From Gammaproteobacteria bacterium (GTDB taxonomy: Bacteria; Pseudomonadota; Gammaproteobacteria; SG8-11), in assembly GCA_031370545.1 (NCBI GenBank), contig JANMQQ010000036.1, forward strand, positions 1 through 52,499: DNA of 52,499 bases, read 5' to 3'. The notes below the pieces were generated by a model, which did no database searches, was not told the origin of the DNA, and was given only the letters and a program-made list of their open reading frames with translations. Below are positions 52,234 through 52,499 of the stretch, in pieces; positions within the stretch are counted from its first letter, which is position 1; each line of letters opens with the position of its first letter. The position numbers were made by a program, and so were the translations under genes.

Positions 52234-52374
52234 GCAGTCCTTGCGCCGCGAGAGTCGCGGTCTAAGTGCCGGGTTTAACTCTTCCGCTCCCAGTCATAGG
52301 GTGCCAAGTAAGGCATCCGCGCTCGCCTTGCAATAAGCGCACGCGGATGCCTTTACCCTAGGTTGTGTTGACAT

Positions 52375-52499
52375 TTACCGCAGCCAAATGAGGGCGCCGA
52401 CGAAAGACAGCATGCTCAAGTAATTCATCGCCAATTTCTCGTAGCGCGAAAAAATTCTACGGTAGTGTTTCATCTTGCCAAAGAAGCACTCGATCAAAT
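52375..52499 (-). mobile_element. IS5-family transposase gene, last 40 codons only (continues off the right edge)
   Basis: The minus-strand translation LIECFFGKMKHYRRIFSRYEKLAMNYLSMLSFVGALIWLR* matches the conserved C-terminus of IS5-family transposases (..IE.FF.K.K.FRRIATRY.K....F......). Confidence 0.65.

Noticed and set aside
52310-52353. 12-bp inverted repeat (AAGGCATCCGCG ... CGCGGATGCCTT) downstream of the IS5-type transposase stop
   Set aside because: It could be a terminator or part of the IS end. With the element truncated by the window edge I cannot distinguish these, so no call is made.

Overview
This window is about 52.5 kb of a proteobacterial chromosome. Gene content and order (miaB-ybeZ-ybeY-corC-lnt, thyA-folA, metH, typA, apaH, lgt) suggest a beta- or gamma-proteobacterium. 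Partial IS genes sit at both edges: IS30-family at 1-93 and IS5-family at 52375-52499. Three accessory blocks interrupt the core genes. (1) 171-12963 is a tightly packed nine-gene minus-strand operon. It encodes a large Ser-rich outer-membrane beta-barrel, three c7-type trihaem cytochromes, a cupredoxin lipoprotein, two NHL-repeat lipoproteins, an 11-haem cytochrome with a 53-residue Gly/Met tract, and a double lactonase-type beta-propeller. I read it as a candidate porin-cytochrome-like extracellular electron transfer module whose composition matches no characterised system. It is the most interesting object in the window. (2) 24.1-28.1 kb is a decayed accessory region: a TIR-domain fragment cut by an internally deleted IS1595-type element, a frameshifted PD40/cadherin gene, a HigA-like fragment and an Rhs/YD remnant. 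(3) 43.9-49.3 kb is a defence islet: AbiEi plus a frameshifted AbiEii, and a complete low-GC three-gene Lamassu (ABC-3C/DdmABC-like) system. Other points are a REC-GGDEF regulator with a degenerate active site but intact I-site, and a 162-nt near-perfect palindromic element between apaH and folA. I saw no rRNA, tRNA or CRISPR array. Coordinates of complete CDSs include the stop codon, as in the ORF track; several starts were moved to internal ATGs on the basis of signal peptides, RBS or gene overlap. All family calls come from motif recognition by eye, not database searches.
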